A stretch of DNA of 64,000 bases from Escherichia coli O127:H6 str. E2348/69. GTDB lineage: Bacteria > Pseudomonadota > Gammaproteobacteria > Enterobacterales > Enterobacteriaceae. The notes below the pieces were generated by a model. That model did not search any database, had not been told where the DNA came from, and worked only from the letters and a program-made list of their open reading frames with translations. The position numbers and the translations under genes were made by a program. Positions within the stretch are counted from its first letter, which is position 1; the number at the start of each line of letters is the position of its first letter. Positions 36,248 through 48,416 of this stretch are shown one piece after another. The stretch lies in assembly GCF_000026545.1 (NCBI RefSeq), contig NC_011601.1, one strand, 5' to 3'.

Positions 36248-37797
36248 CTGTCTCTTATACACAAATCCCCACCCGGGGATTTGTGATGTCTGTCAGTCTG
36301 CTTTAGGGGGACTCTTTCCATCCGGTAGTTTCCTTCCTCCCCGGCAGCGATTTTTTGAACTTTTTCCTCACCTGTTGATCTTCTCTTATATTTCATTTTC
36401 TTCGGGTCTGTTATGGTACTTTCTGATTGTTATTCATGGGCTAACGAGCAGTTTGGACATGCCCGTCTCGGTGATCCGCGTCGTACACGACGCCTTGTGT
36501 CACTGGCCTCTTCTCTCGCTCAGCATGCAGGTCTTTCTATTGTGAAATCATCCCAGTCCACTGCTCAGGTTGAAGGTGCGTACCGCCTGATACGTAACCC
36601 GTCTGTGTCCCCGCAAGCCATTGCCGAAGCCGGATTTACCGCCACTGTAAGGGCATGTGAGGCTCATCCGCTGCTCCTCGCGCTGGAAGACACCACCACC
36701 ATTAACTTCAGTCACAGTACGGCATCTGATGACCTGGGGAATACCACCACTAACCCGAAGACGCGCGGGCTGCTGGCTCACTCTGTCCTGATGTACGCCC
36801 CCGACAGCGCCCTGCCAGTCGGTCTTATCGAACAGCAGCGCTGGAGTCGTGCCACGGACACCTACGGTGTTAAGCACCAGCGAAAAGAACGTCCCTATGA
36901 AGAAAAAGAAAGTTACCGCTGGCAGCAGGCTTCGGAGCGCATGGCCGAACGGCTGGGGGAGATACAGAAACGGGTAATCACTGTCTGTGACCGGGAAGCG
37001 GATATCTGGCATTACCTGCATTATAAAGTCAGCCACGGGCAGCGCTTCGTGGTGCGTGCAGCACAGAATCGCCGGCTGGAAGAAGCACCCGGCAAGCTCT
37101 TCGAACTGCCGGAAGTCCTGGCAACCGCGGGAAGCCACACGCTGAATGTGATGCAAAAAGGCGGGCGGGCAGCCCGCCAGGCCCGGATGTTCATCAGTTA
37201 CAGCGAAGTCAGCATAAAAAATCCCGACAACAGCGGCCAGGCGCTCCCGCTCACGTATGTCTGTTGCCGGGAGCAGGCAGAGGACGGCGCCTGCTGGCAT
37301 CTGCTGACGTCAGAAAAAGTGGCGAGTGCCGCCGATGCGCGACGTATCGTCAGCCATTACGAGCGACGCTGGCTGATAGAGGAATACCACAAGGCGTGGA
37401 AAAGTGGTGGTACATGTGTGGAATCGCTGCGAATGCAGACCCGGGATAACCTCGAGCGCATGGTGGTTATCAAGGCGTTTATCGCGGTGCGGGTGCTGGG
37501 CCTGCGGCAGGGCGGTATCAGTGAAGAAACACAAAATGACAGCTGTGAGAAAATACTGACGCCGACAGAGTGGAAACTGCTGTGGGTTAAGCTGGAAGGA
37601 AAACCGCTTCCGTCACAGATGCCGACACTGAAATGGGCCTGTCTGAAACTGGCGAAACTGGGGCGATGGCATGACAGCAAACGCACCGGTCGCCCCGGTT
37701 GGGTAGTCATGTGGGATGGCTGGTTCAGACTTCAGGATATGGTTGAGGGTTACCTGGTGATGAAGTCTCTTGATCAGGAGATCTGATCAAGAGACAG
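36248..37797 (+). mobile_element. IS4-family, IS50(Tn5)-like insertion sequence, copy 1 (1550 bp)
   Basis: Termini CTGTCTCTTATACACAAATCC and, on the other end, CTGTCTCTTGATCAGATCT (IS50 outside/inside-end-like); flanked by the 10-bp direct repeat CGGCATAGCC; internal 457-aa transposase. Confidence 0.85.
36413..37786 (+). CDS. IS50-like DDE transposase (457 aa)
   Basis: Clear homology to Tn5 Tnp (..GDPRRT.RLV....EGAYRFIRNP.., ..YERRWLIEEYHKAWKSG.., ..RLGGFxDSKRTG-like C-terminus) but not identical to Tn5. Confidence 0.85.
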   Translation: MVLSDCYSWANEQFGHARLGDPRRTRRLVSLASSLAQHAGLSIVKSSQSTAQVEGAYRLIRNPSVSPQAIAEAGFTATVRACEAHPLLLALEDTTTINFSHSTASDDLGNTTTNPKTRGLLAHSVLMYAPDSALPVGLIEQQRWSRATDTYGVKHQRKERPYEEKESYRWQQASERMAERLGEIQKRVITVCDREADIWHYLHYKVSHGQRFVVRAAQNRRLEEAPGKLFELPEVLATAGSHTLNVMQKGGRAARQARMFISYSEVSIKNPDNSGQALPLTYVCCREQAEDGACWHLLTSEKVASAADARRIVSHYERRWLIEEYHKAWKSGGTCVESLRMQTRDNLERMVVIKAFIAVRVLGLRQGGISEETQNDSCEKILTPTEWKLLWVKLEGKPLPSQMPTLKWACLKLAKLGRWHDSKRTGRPGWVVMWDGWFRLQDMVEGYLVMKSLDQEI

Positions 37798-37815
37798 CGG
37801 CATAGCCGGAGGTTT

Positions 37816-38496
37816 TTCAAATGCGCCTATAAGGCTCTCTTACCAGCCGCGCCCTAACAGGCGCACACGATCTGACATTTGCATCCAACTTCGTTACTTA
37901 CGGCCCGTAAACGGGCTGCCCGGATAGGGAATCGATAACTGCTCTCCCATTTTATCCTCTTCAAGCTGGTGCTTTATGTAATCCTGTATCTTCGCCGTGT
38001 TCTTACCCACCGTATCGACGTAATACCCTCTGCACCAGAACTCCCTGTTCCTGTACTTGAATTTCAAATCACCAAACTGCTCGTAAAGCATCAGACTGCT
38101 TTTCCCTTTCAGATATCCCATAAAGCCGGATACGCTCATTTTGGGCGGGATCTCCACAAGCATATGGATATGATCTGCACAGCATTCAGCTTCCAGAATC
38201 CGTACACTTTTCCACTCACACAGCTTTCTCAAAATACAGCCTATTGCTCTACGCTTCTCTCTGTAGAACACCTGTCTTCGGTATTTTGGCGCAAATACTA
38301 TGTGATATTTACAGTTCCATCGGGTGTGCGCTAAGCTCTTTTCGTTCCCCATTGGGACCCCCTTTTGATTTCTTGTTTGACACTTGCAGTTGCCAGACCG
38401 CAAGGTGTTTTAACAAATCAAAAGGGGTTTTAATAACTGGCTCAAAGCTGAAAGCTTTCCGGAACCCCCAGCCTAGCTGGGGGTTTTCTGTGCACA
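37816..38496 (-). mobile_element. IS200-like element (IS200/IS605 family); boundaries approximate
   Basis: Contains the IS200-type tnpA gene plus a terminal hairpin cccccagcctagctggggg (38466..38484); about 680 bp. Confidence 0.6.
37894..38403 (-). CDS. tnpA: IS200-family HUH (Y1) transposase TnpA
   Basis: 169-aa protein with the HuH motif (ADHIHMLVEIPPKMSVS) and the catalytic Tyr region (RGYYVDTVGKN) typical of IS200 TnpA. Confidence 0.85.
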   Translation of the reverse strand: MRSGNCKCQTRNQKGVPMGNEKSLAHTRWNCKYHIVFAPKYRRQVFYREKRRAIGCILRKLCEWKSVRILEAECCADHIHMLVEIPPKMSVSGFMGYLKGKSSLMLYEQFGDLKFKYRNREFWCRGYYVDTVGKNTAKIQDYIKHQLEEDKMGEQLSIPYPGSPFTGRK

Positions 38497-38532
38497 AAAA
38501 ACCGGGCGGTGGTGTCACCTGCCCGGCTTCTT
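38497..38532 (-). terminator. luxS intrinsic terminator
   Basis: Minus-strand hairpin gccgggcaggtgacaccaccgcccgg followed by ttttttg immediately 3' of the luxS stop. Confidence 0.65.
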
Positions 38533-38544
38533 TTGTTCCACTGA

Positions 38545-39060
38545 CTAAATGTGCAGTTCCTGCAACTTCTCTTTCGGCAGCGCCAGTTCTTCGTTGCTGT
38601 TGATGCGCACGTCACGTTCCAGAATGCTACGCGCAATATCCTGCGCTTCCTGCAACGAGTGCATCTGGTAAGTGCCACACTGGTAGACGTTCAGTTCCGG
38701 GATCTGATTCTGATCCTGCACTTTCAGCACGTCTTCCATTGCCGCTTTCCAGGCATCAGCGACACGCTGCTCATCTGGCGTACCAATCAGACTCATATAA
38801 AAACCGGTGCGGCAGCCCATTGGCGAGATATCGATAATCTCTACGCCATTACCGTTAAGATGGTTACGCATAAAACCAGCAAACAGGTGCTCCAGGGTAT
38901 GGATCCCTCTTTCTGGCATCACTTCTTTGTTCGGCACGCAGAAGCGCAGATCGAACACGGTGATTGCGTCGCCATGCGGGGTGTTCATTGTTTTCGCCAC
39001 CCGAACTGCAGGCGCTTCCATCCGGGTATGATCGACTGTGAAGCTATCTAACAACGGCAT
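38545..39060 (-). CDS. luxS: S-ribosylhomocysteine lyase (AI-2 synthase)
   Basis: 171-aa translation matches recalled LuxS (HTLEHLFAG metal site). Confidence 0.97.
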
Positions 39061-39128
39061 TTAGCCACCTCCGGTAATTTTTTTAAAAATTTTCTGAACT
39101 CTTTCTTCCCAGGCGAGTCTGAGTATAT

Positions 39129-39201
39129 GAAAGACGCGCATTTGTTATCATCATCCCTGAATTCAGAGATGAAATTTTGGCCACTCACGAGTGGCCTTTT
39201 T
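39129..39201 (+). ncRNA. micA: MicA (SraD) small RNA
   Basis: gaaagacgcgcatttgttatcatcatccctgaattcagagatgaaattttggccactcacgagtggccttttt matches my recollection of the MicA sequence, including the terminator hairpin; sits in the luxS-gshA intergenic region. Confidence 0.85.
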
Positions 39202-39209
39202 CTTTTCTG

Positions 39210-40793
<1,584 letters not shown>

Positions 40794-40838
40794 TTAATTA
40801 GCATAACTGTAATGGTGACCATATGTGCAGGCCTACAA

Positions 40839-41267
40839 TTAGTGCCACCACATCATGCCCTGAACGGTAGCTGCTGCAACTGCAACATAGCGTAACGCTT
40901 TACCAAGGCACAAAAAAAAGATTACCGGTCCCCACGAGATGCGCATCCATCCCGCTAACAGACACAGTAAATCGCCAACCACGGGCATCCAGCTTAATAA
41001 TAGCGTGACTGCACCATAGCGTTTCAGCCAGCCGGTAGCTTTCTCTTGCCAGCGCGATGTTTTACGCAATGGAAAGAAACGCCCAAGGATAACGTTAGTT
41101 AACCCTCCAAGGCTATTACCCATTGTTGCTGTTAAAACTAAAACCCAGGGATGACTCACTCCGGAAAGCAACATTGCCACCAGCACGACTTCGGAGTTGC
41201 CGGGTAATAGTGTAGCGCTGAGAAAACTACTGGCAAACAACGAGAAAAGCGATAACGCTTCACTCAC
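40839..41267 (-). CDS. yqaA: DedA/SNARE-associated family inner membrane protein YqaA
   Basis: 142-aa membrane protein at the conserved position. Confidence 0.9.
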   Translation of the reverse strand: MSEALSLFSLFASSFLSATLLPGNSEVVLVAMLLSGVSHPWVLVLTATMGNSLGGLTNVILGRFFPLRKTSRWQEKATGWLKRYGAVTLLLSWMPVVGDLLCLLAGWMRISWGPVIFFLCLGKALRYVAVAAATVQGMMWWH

Positions 41268-41830
41268 AGCAAGCGAACATCCACGGCGTCCATGCCTGCT
41301 GCACGGGCCGCCTGAATACCGAAATCGGCATCTTCAAAGACCACACACTGCGTCGGTTGCACGCCCATACGCTGCGCGCACAACAAAAATGTGTCTGGCG
41401 CGGGTTTATGGTGTTTGACGTGATCGGCAGCGACGACGGCGTCAAAATAACGGCGTAATCCCAGGTGTGCCAGCAATGCCTCAGCGATGGCGCTTTCACT
41501 CCCCGTTCCTACAGCCATTGGGCGACGACCATGCCAGCTTTTCACCACTTCAACAAGAGGAAGCGGCTCGACACTATCCAGCAGCATACTTCTTACTGCT
41601 TCTGTTTTTTCACGCGCTAACGCATGCGGGTCGAGATCGGCCTGATTCAGCTCAATAATCGCCTGAGCAATACGCCAGGTGGGCGAGCCATTAAGCGCAA
41701 TCATCGCCTGAACATCGTACTGAAGACCGTAGTGCCCTAATACTTCGCGCCACGCTTTACGGTGCGTAGGCTCGGTATCCAGGATGGTGCCATCCATATC
41801 AAAAATTAAACCTGCATAACGCTCGTACAT
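41264..41830 (-). CDS. yqaB: HAD-superfamily sugar phosphatase YqaB
   Basis: 188-aa protein with N-terminal DxDGT motif (LIFDMDGTILDT). Confidence 0.9.
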   Translation of the reverse strand: MYERYAGLIFDMDGTILDTEPTHRKAWREVLGHYGLQYDVQAMIALNGSPTWRIAQAIIELNQADLDPHALAREKTEAVRSMLLDSVEPLPLVEVVKSWHGRRPMAVGTGSESAIAEALLAHLGLRRYFDAVVAADHVKHHKPAPDTFLLCAQRMGVQPTQCVVFEDADFGIQAARAAGMDAVDVRLL

Positions 41831-41977
41831 GGTCTTCTCGCAAGTCGAAAAATATGACGCTACTTTAGCGTAATTGCTTGATTTTGTCGCTGATGGCGAA
41901 GGAGAAGAAAATTCAGGAAATGGATAAAGTAGTTATTTAGAAATGAGATATTTTTGAAGGAAATTTTTTGGAGAATA

Positions 41978-42054
41978 TGGTGCATCCGGGAGGATTCGAA
42001 CCTCCGACCGCTCGGTTCGTAGCCGAGTACTCTATCCAGCTGAGCTACGGATGC
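41978..42054 (-). tRNA. tRNA-Arg (anticodon ACG), copy 1
   Basis: Reverse complement gives GCATCCGTAGCTCAGCTGGATAGAGTACTCGGCTACGAACCGAGCGGTCGGAGGTTCGAATCCTCCCGGATGCACCA with encoded CCA. Confidence 0.95.
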
Positions 42055-42117
42055 ATCGGGAAAATTTATTTTACTACTGATATTGATATCGCTACTAAAG
42101 CCATATCAAGTAAGAGA

Positions 42118-42194
42118 TGGTGCATCCGGGAGGATTCGAACCTCCGACCGCTCGGTTCGTAGCCGAGTACTCTATCCAGCTGAGCTACGGATGC
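42118..42194 (-). tRNA. tRNA-Arg (anticodon ACG), copy 2
   Basis: Identical to copy 1; 140-bp repeat unit. Confidence 0.95.
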
Positions 42195-42257
42195 ATCGGG
42201 AAAATTTATTTTACTACTGATATTGATATCGCTACTAAAGCCATATCAAGTAAGAGA

Positions 42258-42334
42258 TGGTGCATCCGGGAGGATTCGAACCTCCGACCGCTCGGTTCGT
42301 AGCCGAGTACTCTATCCAGCTGAGCTACGGATGC
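42258..42334 (-). tRNA. tRNA-Arg (anticodon ACG), copy 3
   Basis: Identical to copy 1. Confidence 0.95.
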
Positions 42335-42397
42335 ATCGGGAAAATTTATTTTACTACTGATATTGATATCGCTACTAAAGCCATATCAAGTAAGAGA

Positions 42398-42474
42398 TGG
42401 TGCATCCGGGAGGATTCGAACCTCCGACCGCTCGGTTCGTAGCCGAGTACTCTATCCAGCTGAGCTACGGATGC
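42398..42474 (-). tRNA. tRNA-Arg (anticodon ACG), copy 4
   Basis: Identical to copy 1. Confidence 0.95.
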
Positions 42475-42477
42475 AAA

Positions 42478-42570
42478 TGGCGGTGAGGCGGGGATTCGAA
42501 CCCCGGATGCAGCTTTTGACCGCATACTCCCTTAGCAGGGGAGCGCCTTCAGCCTCTCGGCCACCTCACC
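42478..42570 (-). tRNA. serV: tRNA-Ser (anticodon GCU)
   Basis: Reverse complement gives GGTGAGGTGGCCGAGAGGCTGAAGGCGCTCCCCTGCTAAGGGAGTATGCGGTCAAAAGCTGCATCCGGGGTTCGAATCCCCGCCTCACCGCCA (long variable arm). Confidence 0.93.
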
Positions 42571-42885
42571 ACACGCCTCTTACGAGTGCTTCGAAGAACT
42601 TGTTTATCGCTCATCGTCGCTGCGTGGCGCACATATTACTTTCTGAGACTTATAAGTCAAACAATTTTTCCCACACTTTTATCGTTTGCACACTTCACGC
42701 TCAATTAGTCTGTAAAAACGTCAAAAAGAGTGTTTTATCAACAGAAAAACGGAGGTCTGACAGATAGCAGTAATGCAAAAAAATGGAGACTTAAGTTGAA
42801 TGAACGGGAGTAAAGCGAAAAGACAATGGAGTGAAAGAGAAATTTTGAGGGTGCGTCTCACCGATAAAGATGAGACGCGGAAAGA

Positions 42886-43071
42886 TTAGTAACTGGACTG
42901 CTGGGATTTTTCAGCCTGGATACGCTGGTAGATCTCTTCACGGTGAACAGAAACTTCCTTCGGGGCATTTACGCCAATACGTACCTGGTTGCCCTTTACC
43001 CCTAAAACTGTCACGGTGACCTCATCCCCAATCATGAGGGTCTCACCAACTCGACGAGTCAGAATCAGCAT
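42886..43071 (-). CDS. csrA: Carbon storage regulator CsrA
   Basis: 61-aa translation matches recalled CsrA ([48 protein letters not shown]...). Confidence 0.98.
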
Positions 43072-43305
43072 TCTTTGCTCCTTGAAAGATTAAAAGAGTC
43101 GGGTCTCTCTGTATCCCGGCATTATCCATCATATAACGCCAAAAAGTAAGCAATGACAAACACATTACATCTAAGCAGTCATGGCATTACATTCTGTTAA
43201 ACCTAAGTTTAGCCGATATACACAACTTCAACCTGACTTTATCGTTGTCGATAGCGTTAATGCGAATGCCGTGAAGCGAGTCCACGGCATTGCCTGACGC
43301 TTATA

Positions 43306-45936
43306 TTATTGCAATTTCGCGCTGACCCAGCCTTTCACACTGGCTAACGCTGCAGGTAAGGCCGCAGCATCCGTACCACCGGCTTGCGCCATGTCAGGAC
43401 GTCCACCACCCTTGCCGCCCACCTGCTGAGCGACCATACCAATCAGTTCCCCTGCTTTCACACGATCTGTGACGTCCTTAGATACGCCTGCAATCAGAGA
43501 AACCTTACCTTCGGCTACCGTTGCCAGCACGATAATTGTCGACCCCAGCTGATTTTTTAAATCGTCAACCATGGTACGCAACATTTTCGGCTCAACACCG
43601 CTAAGCTCGCTAACCAACAGCTTAACACCATTAACATCAATTGCCTTACTGGAAAGATTTGCGCTCTCCTGTGCGGCAGCTTGTTCTTTAAGCTGTTGTA
43701 ACTCTTTTTCCAGCTGACGCGTACGTTCCAGTACTGAGCGCACTTTATCAGCCAGATTATTGCTATCGCCTTTCAGCAGATGCGCGACTTCGTTTAAGCG
43801 ATCGCTATCTGCATGAACGGTGGCGATAGCGCCTTCTCCGGTTACCGCTTCGATACGACGAACGCCTGCAGCAGTACCCGATTCAGAGATGATGCGGAAC
43901 AGACCAATATCACCGGTGCGGCTGGCGTGAGTACCGCCACACAGCTCGGTGGAGAAATCGCCCATGCTCAGCACGCGTACGCGCTCATCATACTTCTCGC
44001 CGAACAGCGCCATCGCACCTTTCGCTTTCGCCGCTTCGAGATCCATGATGTTGGTTTCGATCGGCAAGTTACGGCGAATCTGTGCGTTCACCAGGTCTTC
44101 GACCGCACGAATCTCTTCTGGTTTCATCGCTTCGTTGTGTGAGAAGTCGAAGCGCAGCACTTTGTCGTTAACCAGTGAACCTTTCTGCGATACATGAGTA
44201 CCCAGAACCTGGCGCAGCGCAGCGTGCATCAGGTGCGTTGCGGAGTGATTCAGACGAATACGGGCGCGACGAGCCTCATCAACATCAGCCTGCACAGCGT
44301 CGCCCACTTTCAGAGAACCCGCAGCAAGTTTACCGATGTGACCAATCGCCTGGCCGTATTTCTGCGTATCTTCCACCGCAAAGGAGAAGTTAGCGCCTTT
44401 CAGTTCGCCTTTATCACCAACCTGACCGCCGGATTCCGCATAGAATGGCGTTTGATCCAGCACGACCACAGCTTCCTGGCCTGCATTGATGGCATCAACC
44501 GCTTTACCATCAACAAACAGCGCGGTCACTTTGCCGTTCAGTTCCAGATGGTCATAGCCTTTAAATTCAGATGCACTGTCAACACGGATCATTGCGTTGT
44601 AATCTGCACCAAAGCCGCTGGCTTCGCGCGCACGACGACGCTGCTCTTCCATTGCTGCTTCAAATCCAGCTTCGTCAACTTTGATGTTGCGCTCACGACA
44701 AACATCAGCCGTCAGGTCAACCGGGAAGCCATAGGTGTCGTACAGACGGAAAGCCGTTTCACCATCCAGCGTATCACCAGAAAGTTTTGCCAGCTCTTCA
44801 TCCAGCAACGCCAGACCGCGCTCCAGAGTACGGGCAAACTGCTCTTCTTCAGTCTTCAGCACCTGCTCAACCTGCGCCTGCTGGCGTTTCAGGTCTTCAC
44901 CCGCAGAGCCCATAACGTCGATCAGCGGACCAACCAGTTTGTAGAAGAAGGTTTCTTTCGCGCCGAGCATATTACCGTGACGCACTGCGCGACGAATGAT
45001 ACGACGCAGTACATAACCACGGTTTTCGTTGGACGGCATTACGCCATCCGCGATCAGGAACGCACAAGAACGAATGTGGTCAGCGATTACGCGCAGCGAT
45101 TTGTTGCTCAAATCGGTCGCGCCAGTGACTTTCGCTACCGCCTGGATCAGCGTACGGAACAGGTCGATGTCATAGTTAGAGTTAACGTGTTGCAGCACCG
45201 CAGCAATACGCTCCAGACCCATACCGGTATCTACAGACGGCTTCGGCAGCGGTTCCATCGTGCCATCGGCCTGGCGGTTGAACTGCATGAAGACGATGTT
45301 CCAGATCTCAATGTAGCGATCGCCGTCTTCTTCCGGACTTCCCGGAGGGCCACCCCAAATGTGGTCGCCGTGATCGTAGAAGATTTCGGTGCACGGGCCG
45401 CACGGACCAGTGTCACCCATCTGCCAGAAGTTGTCAGATGCGTATGGCGCACCTTTGTTATCGCCGATGCGAATAATACGTTCGCGCGGGATCCCTACTT
45501 CTTTTTCCCAGATTTCGTAGGCTTCGTCGTCGCTTTCATAGACGGTAACCCACAGACGCTCTTTCGGCAGGGCAAACCATTTTTCACTGGTCAGCAGTTC
45601 CCATGCAAACTGAATGGCATCGTGTTTGAAATAGTCGCCGAAGCTGAAGTTGCCCAGCATTTCGAAGAAGGTATGGTGACGCGCGGTGTAACCGACGTTT
45701 TCCAGGTCGTTGTGTTTACCACCCGCACGCACGCAGCGTTGGGAAGTGGTAGCGCGGGAATAATTACGCTTGTCGAGCCCAAGGAACACATCCTTGAACT
45801 GGTTCATCCCGGCGTTGGTAAACAACAAAGTTGGGTCGTTATGGGGTACCAGGGAGCTGCTGGCAACTACCTGATGTCCCTTACTATGGAAAAAGTCGAG
45901 AAACGCCTGACGGATCTCAGCGGTGCTCTTGCTCAT
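43306..45936 (-). CDS. alaS: Alanine--tRNA ligase
   Basis: 876-aa translation matches recalled AlaRS. Confidence 0.98.
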   Translation of the reverse strand: MSKSTAEIRQAFLDFFHSKGHQVVASSSLVPHNDPTLLFTNAGMNQFKDVFLGLDKRNYSRATTSQRCVRAGGKHNDLENVGYTARHHTFFEMLGNFSFGDYFKHDAIQFAWELLTSEKWFALPKERLWVTVYESDDEAYEIWEKEVGIPRERIIRIGDNKGAPYASDNFWQMGDTGPCGPCTEIFYDHGDHIWGGPPGSPEEDGDRYIEIWNIVFMQFNRQADGTMEPLPKPSVDTGMGLERIAAVLQHVNSNYDIDLFRTLIQAVAKVTGATDLSNKSLRVIADHIRSCAFLIADGVMPSNENRGYVLRRIIRRAVRHGNMLGAKETFFYKLVGPLIDVMGSAGEDLKRQQAQVEQVLKTEEEQFARTLERGLALLDEELAKLSGDTLDGETAFRLYDTYGFPVDLTADVCRERNIKVDEAGFEAAMEEQRRRAREASGFGADYNAMIRVDSASEFKGYDHLELNGKVTALFVDGKAVDAINAGQEAVVVLDQTPFYAESGGQVGDKGELKGANFSFAVEDTQKYGQAIGHIGKLAAGSLKVGDAVQADVDEARRARIRLNHSATHLMHAALRQVLGTHVSQKGSLVNDKVLRFDFSHNEAMKPEEIRAVEDLVNAQIRRNLPIETNIMDLEAAKAKGAMALFGEKYDERVRVLSMGDFSTELCGGTHASRTGDIGLFRIISESGTAAGVRRIEAVTGEGAIATVHADSDRLNEVAHLLKGDSNNLADKVRSVLERTRQLEKELQQLKEQAAAQESANLSSKAIDVNGVKLLVSELSGVEPKMLRTMVDDLKNQLGSTIIVLATVAEGKVSLIAGVSKDVTDRVKAGELIGMVAQQVGGKGGGRPDMAQAGGTDAAALPAALASVKGWVSAKLQ

Positions 45937-46064
45937 AATTATCCTGAAATCAAGCTAACGAAATATCGCTACCAGCCGTTGCGTGTCGTTAACCGCCCGG
46001 CTGGTAACTGAAAAGTGGGAATAAGATAAGTTTTCTTGACTGGGAAGTAAAATCCCGTATGCGT

Positions 46065-46565
46065 TCAGTCGGCAAAATTTCGCCAAATATCCTGGATATC
46101 TTCCATCAGATAGCCACGATAGAGCAGAAAACGCTGGATCTTAACTTTTTCTGAAAAGACAGTTGGCAAAGGTTCGCCATATTTTCGCGTCGCCTGATCG
46201 CGCGCCAGTGCGCACCAGTCGATGTCACATTCACGCATCGCTTTTTCTGTCGCTTCGCGGGAAATACCTTTCTGATTCAGTTCCTGACGAATACGCGCAG
46301 GTCCATAACCTTTGCGGCTACGGCTGGCGATAAAGCGCGCAACAAATCGGCTGTCATCAAGATAGCCATGTTCATGGCACCAGGCAATAACGCGCTCGTA
46401 ATCTTCTGCCGTGGCATCAATCTCTTCCGGGCCATTTTTGCCCATAATCGGTGCCGCGAGTTTACGTCGCAGTTCTTGCTCACTGTGATCGCGCACCGCC
46501 AGAATGCGTACCGCACGATCCAACAGGCGAGCATATGCCGGGCGACGGGATGTTGATTCTGTCAT
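46065..46565 (-). CDS. recX: RecA regulator RecX
   Basis: 166-aa ORF immediately downstream of recA. Confidence 0.93.
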   Translation of the reverse strand: MTESTSRRPAYARLLDRAVRILAVRDHSEQELRRKLAAPIMGKNGPEEIDATAEDYERVIAWCHEHGYLDDSRFVARFIASRSRKGYGPARIRQELNQKGISREATEKAMRECDIDWCALARDQATRKYGEPLPTVFSEKVKIQRFLLYRGYLMEDIQDIWRNFAD

Positions 46566-46574
46566 GGCATATCC

Positions 46575-46612
46575 TTACAACTTAAAAAAGCAAAAGGGCC
46601 GCAGATGCGACC
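46575..46612 (-). terminator. recA-recX intergenic hairpin (partial terminator)
   Basis: Imperfect GC hairpin followed by ttttgctttttt on the minus strand. Confidence 0.45.
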
Positions 46613-46633
46613 CTTGTGTATCAAACAAGACGA

Positions 46634-47774
<1,141 letters not shown>

Positions 47775-48272
47775 TCAAGTGTTTTGTAGAAATTGTTGCC
47801 ACAAGGTCTGCAATGCATACGCAGTAGCCTGACGACGCACCGCATCACGGTCACCGCTGAAGCATTCCCGGCGGGTAATACCTTCGCCGCGGGCGGTGGC
47901 AAAAGCAAACCAGACGGTGCCGACAGGCTTCTCTTCACTGCCGCCATCCGGCCCGGCGATACCACTAATAGACACGGCATAATCAGCACGAGCCGCTTTC
48001 AGTGCGCCTATCGCCATTTCCACCACGACAGGCTCGCTCACCGCGCCATGCTGCGCCAGCGTCTCTTCGCGTACACCGATCATTTGCGCTTTCGCTTCGT
48101 TACTGTAGGTGACAAATCCGCGTTCAAACCAGGCGGAGCTACCGGCAATATCGGTAATCACTTTCGCTACCCAACCGCCGGTACAAGACTCAGCAGTTGT
48201 TACGGTTGCGCCACGGACTTTCAGCGCCTGCCCAACCTGTTCGCTTAACTGCATCAGTTCACTGTCAGTCAT
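47775..48272 (-). CDS. pncC: NMN amidohydrolase PncC (CinA-like; YgaD)
   Basis: Start MTDSELMQLSEQVGQALK..; matches recalled PncC. Confidence 0.92.
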   Translation of the reverse strand: MTDSELMQLSEQVGQALKVRGATVTTAESCTGGWVAKVITDIAGSSAWFERGFVTYSNEAKAQMIGVREETLAQHGAVSEPVVVEMAIGALKAARADYAVSISGIAGPDGGSEEKPVGTVWFAFATARGEGITRRECFSGDRDAVRRQATAYALQTLWQQFLQNT

Positions 48273-48416
48273 CACAACCTCTGTCAGTCATAAATTTATG
48301 CCGGACAAGATAGCACTTTCGTCAGGAAGATGGTGTTGGCGTTGCAATTTTACGAGGAGGATTCAGAAAAAAGCTGATTAGCCAGAGGGAAGCTCACGCC
48401 CCCCTCTGGCAAATAG

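Noticed and set aside
36248-37797. Tn5 mosaic-end-like termini (CTGTCTCTTATACACA) as possible library-preparation adapter or engineered transposon contamination
   Set aside because: The element carries a full-length transposase that is homologous to but distinct from Tn5 Tnp, has natural-looking 9-10 bp target duplications, and occurs twice at different hairpin targets; I interpret it as a natural IS50-group insertion sequence.
41968-42442. Three identical 61-aa ORFs ([61 protein letters not shown]) and a repeat-spacer-like periodicity that could suggest CRISPR or a repeat protein
   Set aside because: They are the antisense reading of the tandem tRNA-Arg genes; the repeat unit is 140 bp with identical 'spacers', so it is neither CRISPR nor coding.
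44194-46011. 605-aa plus-strand ORF
   Set aside because: Entirely antisense to alaS (43306..45936), whose translation matches AlaRS; the long open frame is a codon-bias artefact.
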